Shown here: positions 1 through 10,028 of the stretch, piece after piece
Layout: each line of letters starts with the position of its first letter
Position numbering within the stretch: position 1 is the stretch's first letter
Origin: an uncultured Pseudomonadales bacterium
GTDB lineage: Bacteria > Pseudomonadota > Gammaproteobacteria > Pseudomonadales > Porticoccaceae
Length of the DNA stretch: 64,000 nt
Reading direction: 5' to 3'
NCBI GenBank assembly: GCA_943788895.1
Contig: CALSRZ010000004.1
Span: 56,454-120,453, forward strand
The notes under the pieces: model-generated
Told to the model about the DNA's origin: nothing
The model's input: only the letters and a program-made list of their open reading frames with translations
Databases searched by the model: none
Position numbers and translations under genes: made by a program

Positions 1-838
<838 letters not shown>

Positions 839-950
839 TTAATTAATGGGGCTATTGTAAAGATCAATTGCTTCTCAGGCTATATTGTTGGCTATGTTTC
901 CCATGACTATTGATAAAATAATAAAGCTTAAAAACGGATTAACAGATATA

Positions 951-977
951 AAAAAAGGCTCCATCGGGAGCCTTTTT
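951..977. terminator. Rho-independent terminator, bidirectional shape
   Basis: AAAAAAGGCTCC-ATCG-GGAGCCTTTTT just downstream of the 1004 stop on the - strand. Confidence 0.85.
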
Positions 978-1003
978 GTTTTTGTCAGGGTTTAAGGTCA
1001 GTA

Positions 1004-1687
1004 TCAACCATTAATTCGCCTTCTTGTAGCTATACCAAATAGCCCTAAAGCCATTGAGCCAAACAGAAACAGAGCACTGGGAATGGGTGTTGCTATAGGG
1101 GGCTGAACCGAGGCGAAAAGCTCTCTTCCAGCCAGACGCTCATTAGAGGTGTAAACAAGCATAGTGCTCGACCAATCAAAAGTTTTCTGGTCGCTGGCCT
1201 GTTCTTTAAGTTGATTGGCCGTGCGGCGATCTGAACGATCATTAAGCTTGGGCACTGAACCCATAATATCCCAGATAACATAGTTTACCAGAGCGTTGTA
1301 TTTCGCTGCTGTCTCACTGAGGGTCTCAGAAAAATCCAGCAGGGTAAACAAATAGCCAGCCTGACTGTATTTGGTCTTGTCGTTGCGACGATTATTATAT
1401 TTACCTGCACCATTTTGAATATCGTTGTAGGTGTTTACCGTTGCATCCCAAGTATTTAGATAATGACTGGAGTTATCATTGGTAACAGCAAGAGTGGTAT
1501 TGCCATCAATGGTTAGTTCAAAGGCGCCAGTTCTAATATCAGGGCCATTTTTAACATCTAATGTTGTCGTTGTACCGCGACCTTCATAGGTGATTTCAAC
1601 GGTTTCAGCAACTGTTGACTGGTTGAAACATGCAGCTACAGCAATGCAGCCGAGAATTTTACCCACAGTTGATTTGGTGATGCCCAT
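1004..1687 (-). CDS. Secreted protein with a C-terminal PEP-CTERM/VPLPA-CTERM-like sorting signal
   Basis: Likely start MGITKSTVGKILGCIAVAACFNQSTVAET (signal peptide, GGAG upstream). C-terminus TPIPSALFLFGSMALGLFGIATRRRING = P-x-P motif, TM helix, Arg cluster. Confidence 0.75.
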   Translation of the reverse strand: MGITKSTVGKILGCIAVAACFNQSTVAETVEITYEGRGTTTTLDVKNGPDIRTGAFELTIDGNTTLAVTNDNSSHYLNTWDATVNTYNDIQNGAGKYNNRRNDKTKYSQAGYLFTLLDFSETLSETAAKYNALVNYVIWDIMGSVPKLNDRSDRRTANQLKEQASDQKTFDWSSTMLVYTSNERLAGRELFASVQPPIATPIPSALFLFGSMALGLFGIATRRRING

Positions 1688-1863
1688 CCTTTCTGTCTCC
1701 TTGTCAGCAGCTTGCCAACACAAATATATTTCTGATGTGGCGATTTTATGGGTTGTCAGAAGAGGCGCAACCAGTGCAAGTTGATAATGCGAACCAGTTA
1801 TCACTTTATATTGAACTGTAACCTGAGGTGAAAAGAGATAGGCGGGCTAAGGACTGCAAACAA

Positions 1864-2550
1864 TTAGCTAAGTTTATCCTTTGCGGCATTGATTTTGGCT
1901 GCCAGATAGTCGCTGCCACCGCGATCCGGGTGCAGGCGCTGTATCAGGCGTTTATGGGCTTTAACTATATCTTCCTTGGAGGCGTTGGGTTGCAGACCAA
2001 GTATTTCATAGGCTTCTTTCTCCGATAGCTCGGAGAGATTGTTGGCCTGATAACTCTGCTGCGATCCACCGCGATTATTGCGCATCAGATAGGTTTGCAG
2101 TAACAGGTAGGATTCGCGATCGGACTCTTTTAGCGACTCGGCCAATATTTGAAGTTGCTCTGGGCTTAATTCTGAAAGCCGCTTGCCGGTAAACTCACCC
2201 TGCAATATTTCACCGTCCATCTCTCGGGTTGAGAAATTCACCTGAACTAGCAGAGATTTGGTGCGAAATTGTGAAGGGCTGGTTTTAAAGCGGCTGAGAA
2301 TCTGCACAAAAGGCAGGGCTCGCAAGCCCAAAGTTAAGGCACCTTTAGCCAGTGGAACTAGGACCGCGAGGCCTGCGCCCAGCCAATGCATTCTGCCGCT
2401 GGCAACCAGCAGAACAGAAAATCCCAGCACTGACCAGAATGCTGTTTTCCATAGAAATGGGCGACGCTTTTCACTGGGTAAACTTTTAACTATTTTCCAC
2501 CAGTACCAAACGGAAAAGATAATTGCGATAAGTAAAAGTATTCTAGGCAT
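1864..2550 (-). CDS. Membrane protein with a C-terminal DnaJ (J) domain
   Basis: N-terminal TM segments; C-terminal AYEILGL...RLIQRLHPDRGGSDYLAAKINAAKDKL with HPD motif. Confidence 0.9.
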   Translation of the reverse strand: MPRILLLIAIIFSVWYWWKIVKSLPSEKRRPFLWKTAFWSVLGFSVLLVASGRMHWLGAGLAVLVPLAKGALTLGLRALPFVQILSRFKTSPSQFRTKSLLVQVNFSTREMDGEILQGEFTGKRLSELSPEQLQILAESLKESDRESYLLLQTYLMRNNRGGSQQSYQANNLSELSEKEAYEILGLQPNASKEDIVKAHKRLIQRLHPDRGGSDYLAAKINAAKDKLS

Positions 2551-2611
2551 AAGAGAGTTTGTCTCTGGTCAGTTTATTTGTGCGTTAGTTAGAGTGTTTA
2601 AGAGTATATAT

Positions 2612-2648
2612 AAAAAAGCCCCAGCTCAATAAAGGGCAGGGGCTTTTT
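2612..2648. terminator. Rho-independent terminator downstream of aroG
   Basis: AAAAAAGCCCC...GGGGCTTTTT. Confidence 0.75.
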
Positions 2649-2667
2649 CAGTTGCTATTAACAGCTG

Positions 2668-3735
2668 TTAGCGAGTCTTAAGAATATCTCGCAACTTGTC
2701 AGCCATTGAAATCAGTGAAGCTTCGGTGGTTTCCCAGTCGATACAGGCATCAGTTACTGAAACCCCATACTCCATCTCATCGGCATTGCTAGACAGCTTC
2801 TGGTTGCCAGCTTTTAGATGGCTCTCAATCATCACACCGATAATCGACTTATTGCCTTCGAGAATCTGGTTGCTGACATTGTCCAGAACCAGCGGCTGCA
2901 GGTTGTGGTCTTTATTTGAGTTGGCATGGCTGCAATCAACCATAATATTCTGCGCAACACCGGCGGCTTCCAATTCCTGTTCGCAGATTGAAACGCTCAC
3001 AGAGTCGTAGTTGGGCTTGCCATTACCGCCGCGTAATACCACATGGGCATAAGGATTTCCCTTGGTGGTAATAATGGAAACATTACCCTCAGAGTTAATA
3101 CCTAAAAAGCGATGAGGGCTGGCCACTGATTGTAAGGCATTAATTGCCACCGTCAGGCTGCCATCTGTACCGTTCTTAAAGCCGACCGACGAGGATAGCC
3201 CAGAAGCCATCTCGCGGTGCGTCTGGGACTCTGTAGTGCGAGCACCAATTGCAGACCAGGCGATCAGGTCCTGCATATACTGAGGTGAAATAGGATCAAG
3301 TGCCTCGGTTGCCGTTGGCAGGCCAATCTCAAGAATATCGTGAAGTAACTGGCGACCTATATGCAGACCGTCGGTAATTTTAAACGAGTCGTTCATAAAC
3401 GGATCGTTAATCAAGCCTTTCCAGCCAGTGGTGGTGCGTGGCTTTTCAAAATAGACACGCATAACGATCAGCAATGTATCGCTGACTTTCTCGGCAAGCG
3501 CTTTTAGTCGCACAGCATATTCCTGAGCGGCTTTCAGGTCGTGAATTGAGCAGGGGCCAACCACAACAATAACGCGATGGTCTTTGCGCTCAAGGATATT
3601 TTCAATATCTGTGCGGCCCTGTGAAATAACCTCACGGGCTGATTCTGAAAGCGGGATTTCGCGCTTCAGTTGTGCCGGAGTAATAAGAATCTCTGGGGAT
3701 TCAATATTAATATTTTCTACTGCGTGGGGATCCAT
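2668..3735 (-). CDS. aroG: 3-deoxy-7-phosphoheptulonate (DAHP) synthase, class I
   Basis: GPCSIHD, RVYFEKPRTT-GWKGLINDP, IGARTTESQTHREMASGLS, DCSHANS motifs. Confidence 0.95.
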   Translation of the reverse strand: MDPHAVENINIESPEILITPAQLKREIPLSESAREVISQGRTDIENILERKDHRVIVVVGPCSIHDLKAAQEYAVRLKALAEKVSDTLLIVMRVYFEKPRTTTGWKGLINDPFMNDSFKITDGLHIGRQLLHDILEIGLPTATEALDPISPQYMQDLIAWSAIGARTTESQTHREMASGLSSSVGFKNGTDGSLTVAINALQSVASPHRFLGINSEGNVSIITTKGNPYAHVVLRGGNGKPNYDSVSVSICEQELEAAGVAQNIMVDCSHANSNKDHNLQPLVLDNVSNQILEGNKSIIGVMIESHLKAGNQKLSSNADEMEYGVSVTDACIDWETTEASLISMADKLRDILKTR

Positions 3736-3803
3736 ATTGGAATTCCTAACAATTAACTTTAATCAAGAGGGCCATTGTACTTAAATATTATCAATATTGA
3801 AGA

Positions 3804-6800
3804 TTATTCAGCCTCAACCTCAATAAACATAGGGATTTGCGGAAAATACAGAGCACAGCGCACGGGATTGTCCTGCAGGCTTCTATACAGGTTGGCATAG
3901 TGCCTCAGCTGCCCCTGATAGGCGTTGGTCTGTCTGGCGATAAATTGCGCCTCGCTCTCGTCAGCTGCCGGCCTGGAAAACTTATAGTCAATAATCCAGC
4001 GCAGACCCTGATCGACAAAGGTTCTATCAATCACCGAAGTGCCGGCGCGATTTTGCTCTGGTTGGTAATAACCCAGGGCTTGCTCACACTGTGCCTGGTC
4101 ATGGCTGTGCAGTATCCACTGACCCTTTGGATCTGCGAGCATACGTTGAATAGCATCCTCAAGACTGTCGAGCTCAGCACTGCTGGCTAGTATTCCCTGT
4201 TCTTTAAGCTGCGCTGCCCAGGCGGTCGGCAGCTGAGCAATACGTTGCTCTGTCCATTTGGTCAGCCCCTCATTGGCGATCTGTTTAAGGGTGCGGTGAA
4301 GCACGGTGCCGAGTAATCTTGCGCGGGTAGATAAGTTTTCATCGACCTGATTTTCTGCAGCGATCGCTATCTCTTCACTGCCGGTCAACATAGAACCCTG
4401 AGATGCTGTCTGGGTTTCGAATTTCGCGGGCAGGCGACGTATATGCTGTAGTCGGGTGATTAGCTGATCGGATTTATCCTCTTCCGGCCCTAGTGTGACA
4501 GGGTATGTCTCATCATCTATCCCGGCTTCAATGGTTTTCCAGATTGGTGCCAGCAGAGTAGCTTTACCCGGTGCCAGCCAGCCCTGTTTTTTCGCCGCTT
4601 TTAGCGAGGCGGATAAATACAGTTTGCGAATTGCTCGAGTTGCCGCCACATACAGCACCCGAGTATTTTCCAGACGCGTCTTAAAGGCATCTTCATGTTT
4701 AAGGTAGCTGTAGACGCTATCATCTTCTTCATCGTGAGCACCCAGTGGAGCCATCATTAATGACATCTGGTTGTCTTCATCTATATATTGAGTCCAGCGC
4801 AGCAGGGGTTTTTTATCAGACCCCGATGAACGCGCCAGCCCCGGCAGTATCACATGATCAAACTCCAGTCCCTTGGACTTGTGAATGGTCATTAGTTGAA
4901 TCACGGTTTGGTTACTATTTTCAGTCTTGTTTTCTGAAGAGCTGTCCCCAGATGGCGCTGCATAAAGCTTCTCAATCGCTTGCTGGAAACCCGCCCAATC
5001 GCTCAGACTTCCTGCACACTGCCAGCTTTCCAGCAGATCTAGATAGCTGCGCACATCGCTGAGATCAGCGCTGCCACTTAGGGTTGCTGGTCCACCCAGT
5101 TCAATCCACAGCTGTTCAACAGTTTCACGCAGGCTGTTGCGGGAACGGTTTTTCCAGGCAGATAAAAGCAGGGGTACAACGCGTTGCAGCGCGCTCTGGC
5201 CATGTTCCGACAATTGATTATAAGCCTGCTTACAATCTTCAGAATTAGATAGCCTTTGCAGCTGCGCGAGAATCGCATCGCCATGTTTTGAACCTGAACT
5301 TTTATTAGAGTTATTATCAAAAGCGCTATTGCTAATGGTTAATAGATCAGCGGCATCAAAACCACAAAAGGGTGCCCGCAACAGGGCCAGCCAGGGGATT
5401 TTATCCGCCGGTGAAAGCAGGGCACGGGTAATCGTAAGCATATCAATCACCGGCATTCGGCTAGCCAGTGGGGTGATATCGATAGCCTGCCATTTAAGCT
5501 TGGCTTCACGCAGGGCTGAAACAATGCTTTTCAGATGACCGCGGCCGCGCACCAATATCGCAATAGATTCACCCGGCTGGTTATCGCATATCGCTCTACA
5601 GGTCTTGGCAATATAGTCAGCCTCGGCCTGTTGATAATCATCGCCACAAAAACCCTGGAAGCTAACTGCGGGATCATTGCCCGAGGCTTTAAAGGCTTCA
5701 GATGTTGAGTAGGGCACCGCACCGCGACTAATATCCGCAACTGCGGGAAATGCCTGATTAAAAGTATCGTTTACCCAGTCAATAACACCCTTTTGTGAGC
5801 GAAAATTGCAGCTTAATGCCAGCGGCGTGCACTGCACCGGGCCAATCGGATGGCGCTGTGCATTGATAAACAGTCCGACATTGGCATTGCGAAAACCGTA
5901 CAGCGATTGCATAGCATCGCCCACCAGAAACAGGGTTCGGCCATCGTCTGGCTGCCAACCGGCAATCAGGTGTTCGAGTAATTTTATCTGCGCACCCGAG
6001 GTATCCTGAAACTCATCCACCAGAATATGCCGCAGCTGGTAATCCAGACGCAGAGTGATATCGGAGATAGATTCATCTTCGGGAGAGGGCTCCATGGCTT
6101 CCAGTGCCGCCAGAGTAATCGCCGGATAGTCGCACTGATCATGCTGTTTAAATACAGTCACAAGTTCAGCGGCTAAGTGGCGAAGCAGACAGCTAAGCGC
6201 ATCGAGTATCAATTGCTGAGATTGGTTGATCTCTGACTCAGGCAGATACAGTGCATTGAGAATTAACTCATGGATATCGGGATGGTTGCGGCACCAATCC
6301 AATAGCACCAGCATACGCTGCTTGGTCTCTTTTTGGTCTGTGGGAAAGCCCTCATTTTTTGTCACCTGCTTGCGCGGTTCTTTCTTCCCGGTAACCAGCA
6401 TGCCGAGTAATATCTTCCACTGCTGAATACCCTCAAGGCTGATATCCGGCAGCTCGGTAATACCGGCCAGCTCAGACAGGGGAGAGGGTTTATCTGTGGG
6501 TATATGGTTAGCGGCAAAATCTGCCAAGCTAAGCAACTCACCAGCAATCGGCAGTAGAGTATCCTGCAGTTTTAAAAGTGTCTCACCAATAATCTGGTCG
6601 ATCACCTGCTGGAAATAATGTTGATTCCCCTTGGCATCAAAAATCAGTGGCAACCACTGCTCACGCTTGCCAAGTATATCTGCCAGCAGTCGTTCGCAGC
6701 GCGCTGTGTCGTTGCCGGTATGGGCCAGCAGTACAGCTAGCTGTTCGCCGACCTCGCCCTCTTCTTCAATTCTTTGCAATAGATTGCGTGCCGCCAGTTC

Positions 6801-7253
6801 ATAGTGAACCGCAGGTTGTTCACTGGGCTCGGGCAGGGCGCCGAGTTTAGTTTCCAGAGCAAACTGGCTGGCAATATAGCGACAGAAACCATCAATAGTC
6901 TGAATACGCAGACGACCGGGCATCTCGAGCAGATTCCATCCCAGCTGGTTATTGCGCTCTAGGGCCTGGGCAGCAATATCCCAGGTCTGGGCCTCGTACT
7001 CATTTTCTGGTCTCGGCTCATAGGCCGCAGCTTGCAGAGCACTGTGAATACGACTGCTCATCTCGCCCGCGGCTTTGCGGGTAAAGGTGATGCTGAGAAT
7101 CTCTTCGGGATTTTCTACGCTACATAGCAAGCGTAAAACCCGCTGGGTGATCAGTCCGGTTTTACCTGAGCCAGCTGGTGCAGAGACAATAAAGCTCTGG
7201 GTTGGGTCCAGTGCCATCTGCCGTTGCGGGCTATCTACTACTGACTGATTCAT
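3804..7253 (-). CDS. AddA/RecB-like UvrD-family helicase with a C-terminal PD-(D/E)XK nuclease
   Basis: Walker A APAGSGKT, ITFTRKAA, LVDEFQDT, VGDAMQSLYGFR, MTIHKSKGLEF, YVAATRA; nuclease IDR...IIDYK; 1149 aa. Confidence 0.9.
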   Translation of the reverse strand: MNQSVVDSPQRQMALDPTQSFIVSAPAGSGKTGLITQRVLRLLCSVENPEEILSITFTRKAAGEMSSRIHSALQAAAYEPRPENEYEAQTWDIAAQALERNNQLGWNLLEMPGRLRIQTIDGFCRYIASQFALETKLGALPEPSEQPAVHYELAARNLLQRIEEEGEVGEQLAVLLAHTGNDTARCERLLADILGKREQWLPLIFDAKGNQHYFQQVIDQIIGETLLKLQDTLLPIAGELLSLADFAANHIPTDKPSPLSELAGITELPDISLEGIQQWKILLGMLVTGKKEPRKQVTKNEGFPTDQKETKQRMLVLLDWCRNHPDIHELILNALYLPESEINQSQQLILDALSCLLRHLAAELVTVFKQHDQCDYPAITLAALEAMEPSPEDESISDITLRLDYQLRHILVDEFQDTSGAQIKLLEHLIAGWQPDDGRTLFLVGDAMQSLYGFRNANVGLFINAQRHPIGPVQCTPLALSCNFRSQKGVIDWVNDTFNQAFPAVADISRGAVPYSTSEAFKASGNDPAVSFQGFCGDDYQQAEADYIAKTCRAICDNQPGESIAILVRGRGHLKSIVSALREAKLKWQAIDITPLASRMPVIDMLTITRALLSPADKIPWLALLRAPFCGFDAADLLTISNSAFDNNSNKSSGSKHGDAILAQLQRLSNSEDCKQAYNQLSEHGQSALQRVVPLLLSAWKNRSRNSLRETVEQLWIELGGPATLSGSADLSDVRSYLDLLESWQCAGSLSDWAGFQQAIEKLYAAPSGDSSSENKTENSNQTVIQLMTIHKSKGLEFDHVILPGLARSSGSDKKPLLRWTQYIDEDNQMSLMMAPLGAHDEEDDSVYSYLKHEDAFKTRLENTRVLYVAATRAIRKLYLSASLKAAKKQGWLAPGKATLLAPIWKTIEAGIDDETYPVTLGPEEDKSDQLITRLQHIRRLPAKFETQTASQGSMLTGSEEIAIAAENQVDENLSTRARLLGTVLHRTLKQIANEGLTKWTEQRIAQLPTAWAAQLKEQGILASSAELDSLEDAIQRMLADPKGQWILHSHDQAQCEQALGYYQPEQNRAGTSVIDRTFVDQGLRWIIDYKFSRPAADESEAQFIARQTNAYQGQLRHYANLYRSLQDNPVRCALYFPQIPMFIEVEAE

Positions 7254-9937
7254 AGATTATCCTCTTCAGTCGCAGCATTGGAATTGTTTGGAAGAGCAGC
7301 GTTAATATCCGATTCTTCAGGCCAGCGATTTAACGGCAGTAAATGATCCTGATATCCAAAGCTGGTCTTATGATGAACTTCCACACTGGTATAACCCTGA
7401 CAAAACTCAGCGGCTAAATTAGACAGTGCAGACTGCCATTCATCAATTTGCTCTGACCAGTGTTCCGCAGGTTTTTCAAAGCTGATCAGCTGGCTGTCAC
7501 TGCTGCCAATAAATTTAATATCACCAGCCCGCAACTGAGCAAAGGCACAGCCATTGGCCTGAGGTTTGCTGGCCAAAAGATAGAGCGGCAACTGAGGTTC
7601 AACAGGCCTGCTTCCCTCCCATTTGCTGGGTTGAACGCGACCGGTTTTGTAATCAATAATCAGTAATTTATCACCTATTTGATCGACTCGATCCAGACGC
7701 AGTGAAATATTGAGATCACCAAATCGTATGCTCGCACTGCTCTCCAAATTAGCAATCTCAAAAGGCTCGCGCTGCTTTTCCTCGTCGATCCATTCGCGAA
7801 GTAATTTTTCCAAACGCTGTTGCTCCAGAGCCCGGAAGCGCTCACCGCGCAGAACACTATGGCGAGGAGCCCATTCAATTAATGTATCGGCAATGGTTGT
7901 CGATAACTGCGCAGAGAGTTGTTCTTCGGAAAGTGCATTGAGATGGCTGGAGCTTTTCCACTCAGTCCACAAACGGAAAAGTATTTCATGAATCAGTGAA
8001 CCGCGATCCATTGCCGTTAGGCCCTGAATAGGTTCCTCCAGCGGCTCGGCTTTAAGGCGATGAGTGGCAAAGGCATTAAAGGGACAGATCGCCTGATTTT
8101 CCAAAAGCTTGCTGCCGCCACGTATATTTTCACTCGCCGGGTTGTAGGCGGGGGCGCGATCTTCAACCAGTTCGCACTGCTCAGGTTTTTCTAACCAGGG
8201 CGGATAAGTCTCTGGCTCAACAAATAATTCTGCGCCGTTGGATACCGCTATATCGCGAATTAAGGGGCTGGGCTCAAGTTGCTCTTCACCACGCAGAAGC
8301 GGGTAGCTAAGAATCAATCGCTGGCTGTTATTTTTATAGCCTGACAGCAACTCTTGAGCGATCTGCAATTCACGCTCGGGAAGACTGTGGGGCATTTCAT
8401 ATTGACGCTGAAAGTCTGCTGGCAACAGCGGATTAATTGCCACTGAAGCGGGGAAGTTCTGGCTGTGCATGCCGACAATCCACAGTTGGTCAAAGTGCAG
8501 TCCCGAGCCTTCCAATAACCCCAGAATCTGCAATGGTGCATCGGCAGTTTTAGGGTGAAATACCGAGTCCTGTGCCAGCAGCTGTAGATGTTTTAAAGCG
8601 GTAGCCAGACCCACTTCAATCCCCAGGTTATCGAGAGTACAGAACTGCTCAATAGTACTATCCCACTGCTGGCGCTGCTGGTACTCAATACTGTTTAAAC
8701 TGCGGCTGCCAGGCCAATCCATATCGGCAAGAAATTGATTGAAGAACTGAGCCCAGCCAGTGAAGTTTTTCTGGGTGCCGGTTTTGACCTTGGAAAATCT
8801 TTTTAGATCAATTAAAGGCTGGAGAATATCGACGATTGATTGACGATGCTGTTCATCAATCTGCTGCGATTCTCCATCAGGCATAATTGTCGATAAAAAC
8901 TTTTCGAGAGTAAATTCAAAGCGTCGGGTTTTACGCAGAGCCAGCTCGCAGTCAACACGATATTGCAGTGGCAATTGATCAAAGGCTGAAAACGGTGAGT
9001 AGAGAAGTTGCAGCCAGTTATTCAGTGGTCGTTCGTATTGCAAGATTTCGATAAGCTCAAGGGCTGCACTTATAACCGCTGTATCCGCCAGAGCTGTACC
9101 CGCCGAGATATTCACCAGCATCTCAGTCTCTTCAGACTTAAGTGCCTCGCTAACCACTCGGGCCACCTGCGGCAGGCTGTTATTCAGATCCGGCACAATA
9201 ATACCCAGCCGTTGTTCGGGTTTAGCCTTTAGCTGCTGAGCGGCCCAGTTAGCCGCCATCCGCAGTTCCGCTTGAGGATCCTGACATTCCAGACGGTAGG
9301 CCTGATTATTATTTTTAGAAGCCGTGCTATCTGTATCTACTTTAACGATTGAGCTGCTGGCAGTTTCGATAACATGCGCCTGTAGTGGCGGCATGGATTG
9401 AAAGCCATAGAGCATGATCTCTGCTTCAGCGGGCAGGGCAGCCTGTTCAAAGCCACGCTGTATAAGCTGCCAACTGGATTGCTGGCTGATCAATTTATTT
9501 TTCTGCAGCAGCTCTTCAAAGCTATTGGTCCAGCGCTTAAAGTATTCCACCGCCGGTGTCTCGCCCGGTACCTGATCTGCACTGAGGTTCCAGTTCTGTA
9601 ATGTCTTTAATGTATCCGCGGCAATTTTTGCATAACTGCTGCTATGGGCAGAATCATCTTTGGCAATAGCCCGCTCCCAGTAGTAGCGGCTCTGCTGTGC
9701 CCCAACGACTGCAAGCCCCGAGACCAGAGAGTGGTTTTGATCCTGAAGTTCATCCCAGCAGTATTTTAGCCAGTGATCAATAGAATAGACGCGTGGTTGG
9801 CGCCACACAGATTTGCCTATCGCCAGTGCCCAGGCGTCATTAATCTTGGCGGCCAGACGATGATTGGGCGTCAATATTAAAGCGTCGCGCTCTATAGCGT
9901 CGCGAAAAAGGCTTATATCTATAAGTGGTGGCAGCAT
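7250..9937 (-). CDS. AddB-like probable DNA repair protein (TIGR03623-type) with a PD-(D/E)XK nuclease domain
   Basis: ~900 aa; N-terminal LILTPNHRLA; C-terminal RGSLIHEIL...LRLDRVD...IIDYKTG...QLPLY; overlaps the AddA-like start (ATGA). Confidence 0.85.
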   Translation of the reverse strand: MLPPLIDISLFRDAIERDALILTPNHRLAAKINDAWALAIGKSVWRQPRVYSIDHWLKYCWDELQDQNHSLVSGLAVVGAQQSRYYWERAIAKDDSAHSSSYAKIAADTLKTLQNWNLSADQVPGETPAVEYFKRWTNSFEELLQKNKLISQQSSWQLIQRGFEQAALPAEAEIMLYGFQSMPPLQAHVIETASSSIVKVDTDSTASKNNNQAYRLECQDPQAELRMAANWAAQQLKAKPEQRLGIIVPDLNNSLPQVARVVSEALKSEETEMLVNISAGTALADTAVISAALELIEILQYERPLNNWLQLLYSPFSAFDQLPLQYRVDCELALRKTRRFEFTLEKFLSTIMPDGESQQIDEQHRQSIVDILQPLIDLKRFSKVKTGTQKNFTGWAQFFNQFLADMDWPGSRSLNSIEYQQRQQWDSTIEQFCTLDNLGIEVGLATALKHLQLLAQDSVFHPKTADAPLQILGLLEGSGLHFDQLWIVGMHSQNFPASVAINPLLPADFQRQYEMPHSLPERELQIAQELLSGYKNNSQRLILSYPLLRGEEQLEPSPLIRDIAVSNGAELFVEPETYPPWLEKPEQCELVEDRAPAYNPASENIRGGSKLLENQAICPFNAFATHRLKAEPLEEPIQGLTAMDRGSLIHEILFRLWTEWKSSSHLNALSEEQLSAQLSTTIADTLIEWAPRHSVLRGERFRALEQQRLEKLLREWIDEEKQREPFEIANLESSASIRFGDLNISLRLDRVDQIGDKLLIIDYKTGRVQPSKWEGSRPVEPQLPLYLLASKPQANGCAFAQLRAGDIKFIGSSDSQLISFEKPAEHWSEQIDEWQSALSNLAAEFCQGYTSVEVHHKTSFGYQDHLLPLNRWPEESDINAALPNNSNAATEEDNL

Positions 9938-10028
9938 CCCTGAGTCGACAACTTTTATTATGATTTAAATAGGCCAGTATAATCGCAAAACTGCGGTGCA
10001 ATTGACAGTAGGCTGATACAATAAAGCT

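Noticed and set aside
1690-1800. Sigma54 promoter typical of PEP-CTERM genes
   Set aside because: TGGCAAG is present but there is no GC at the required GG-N10-GC spacing
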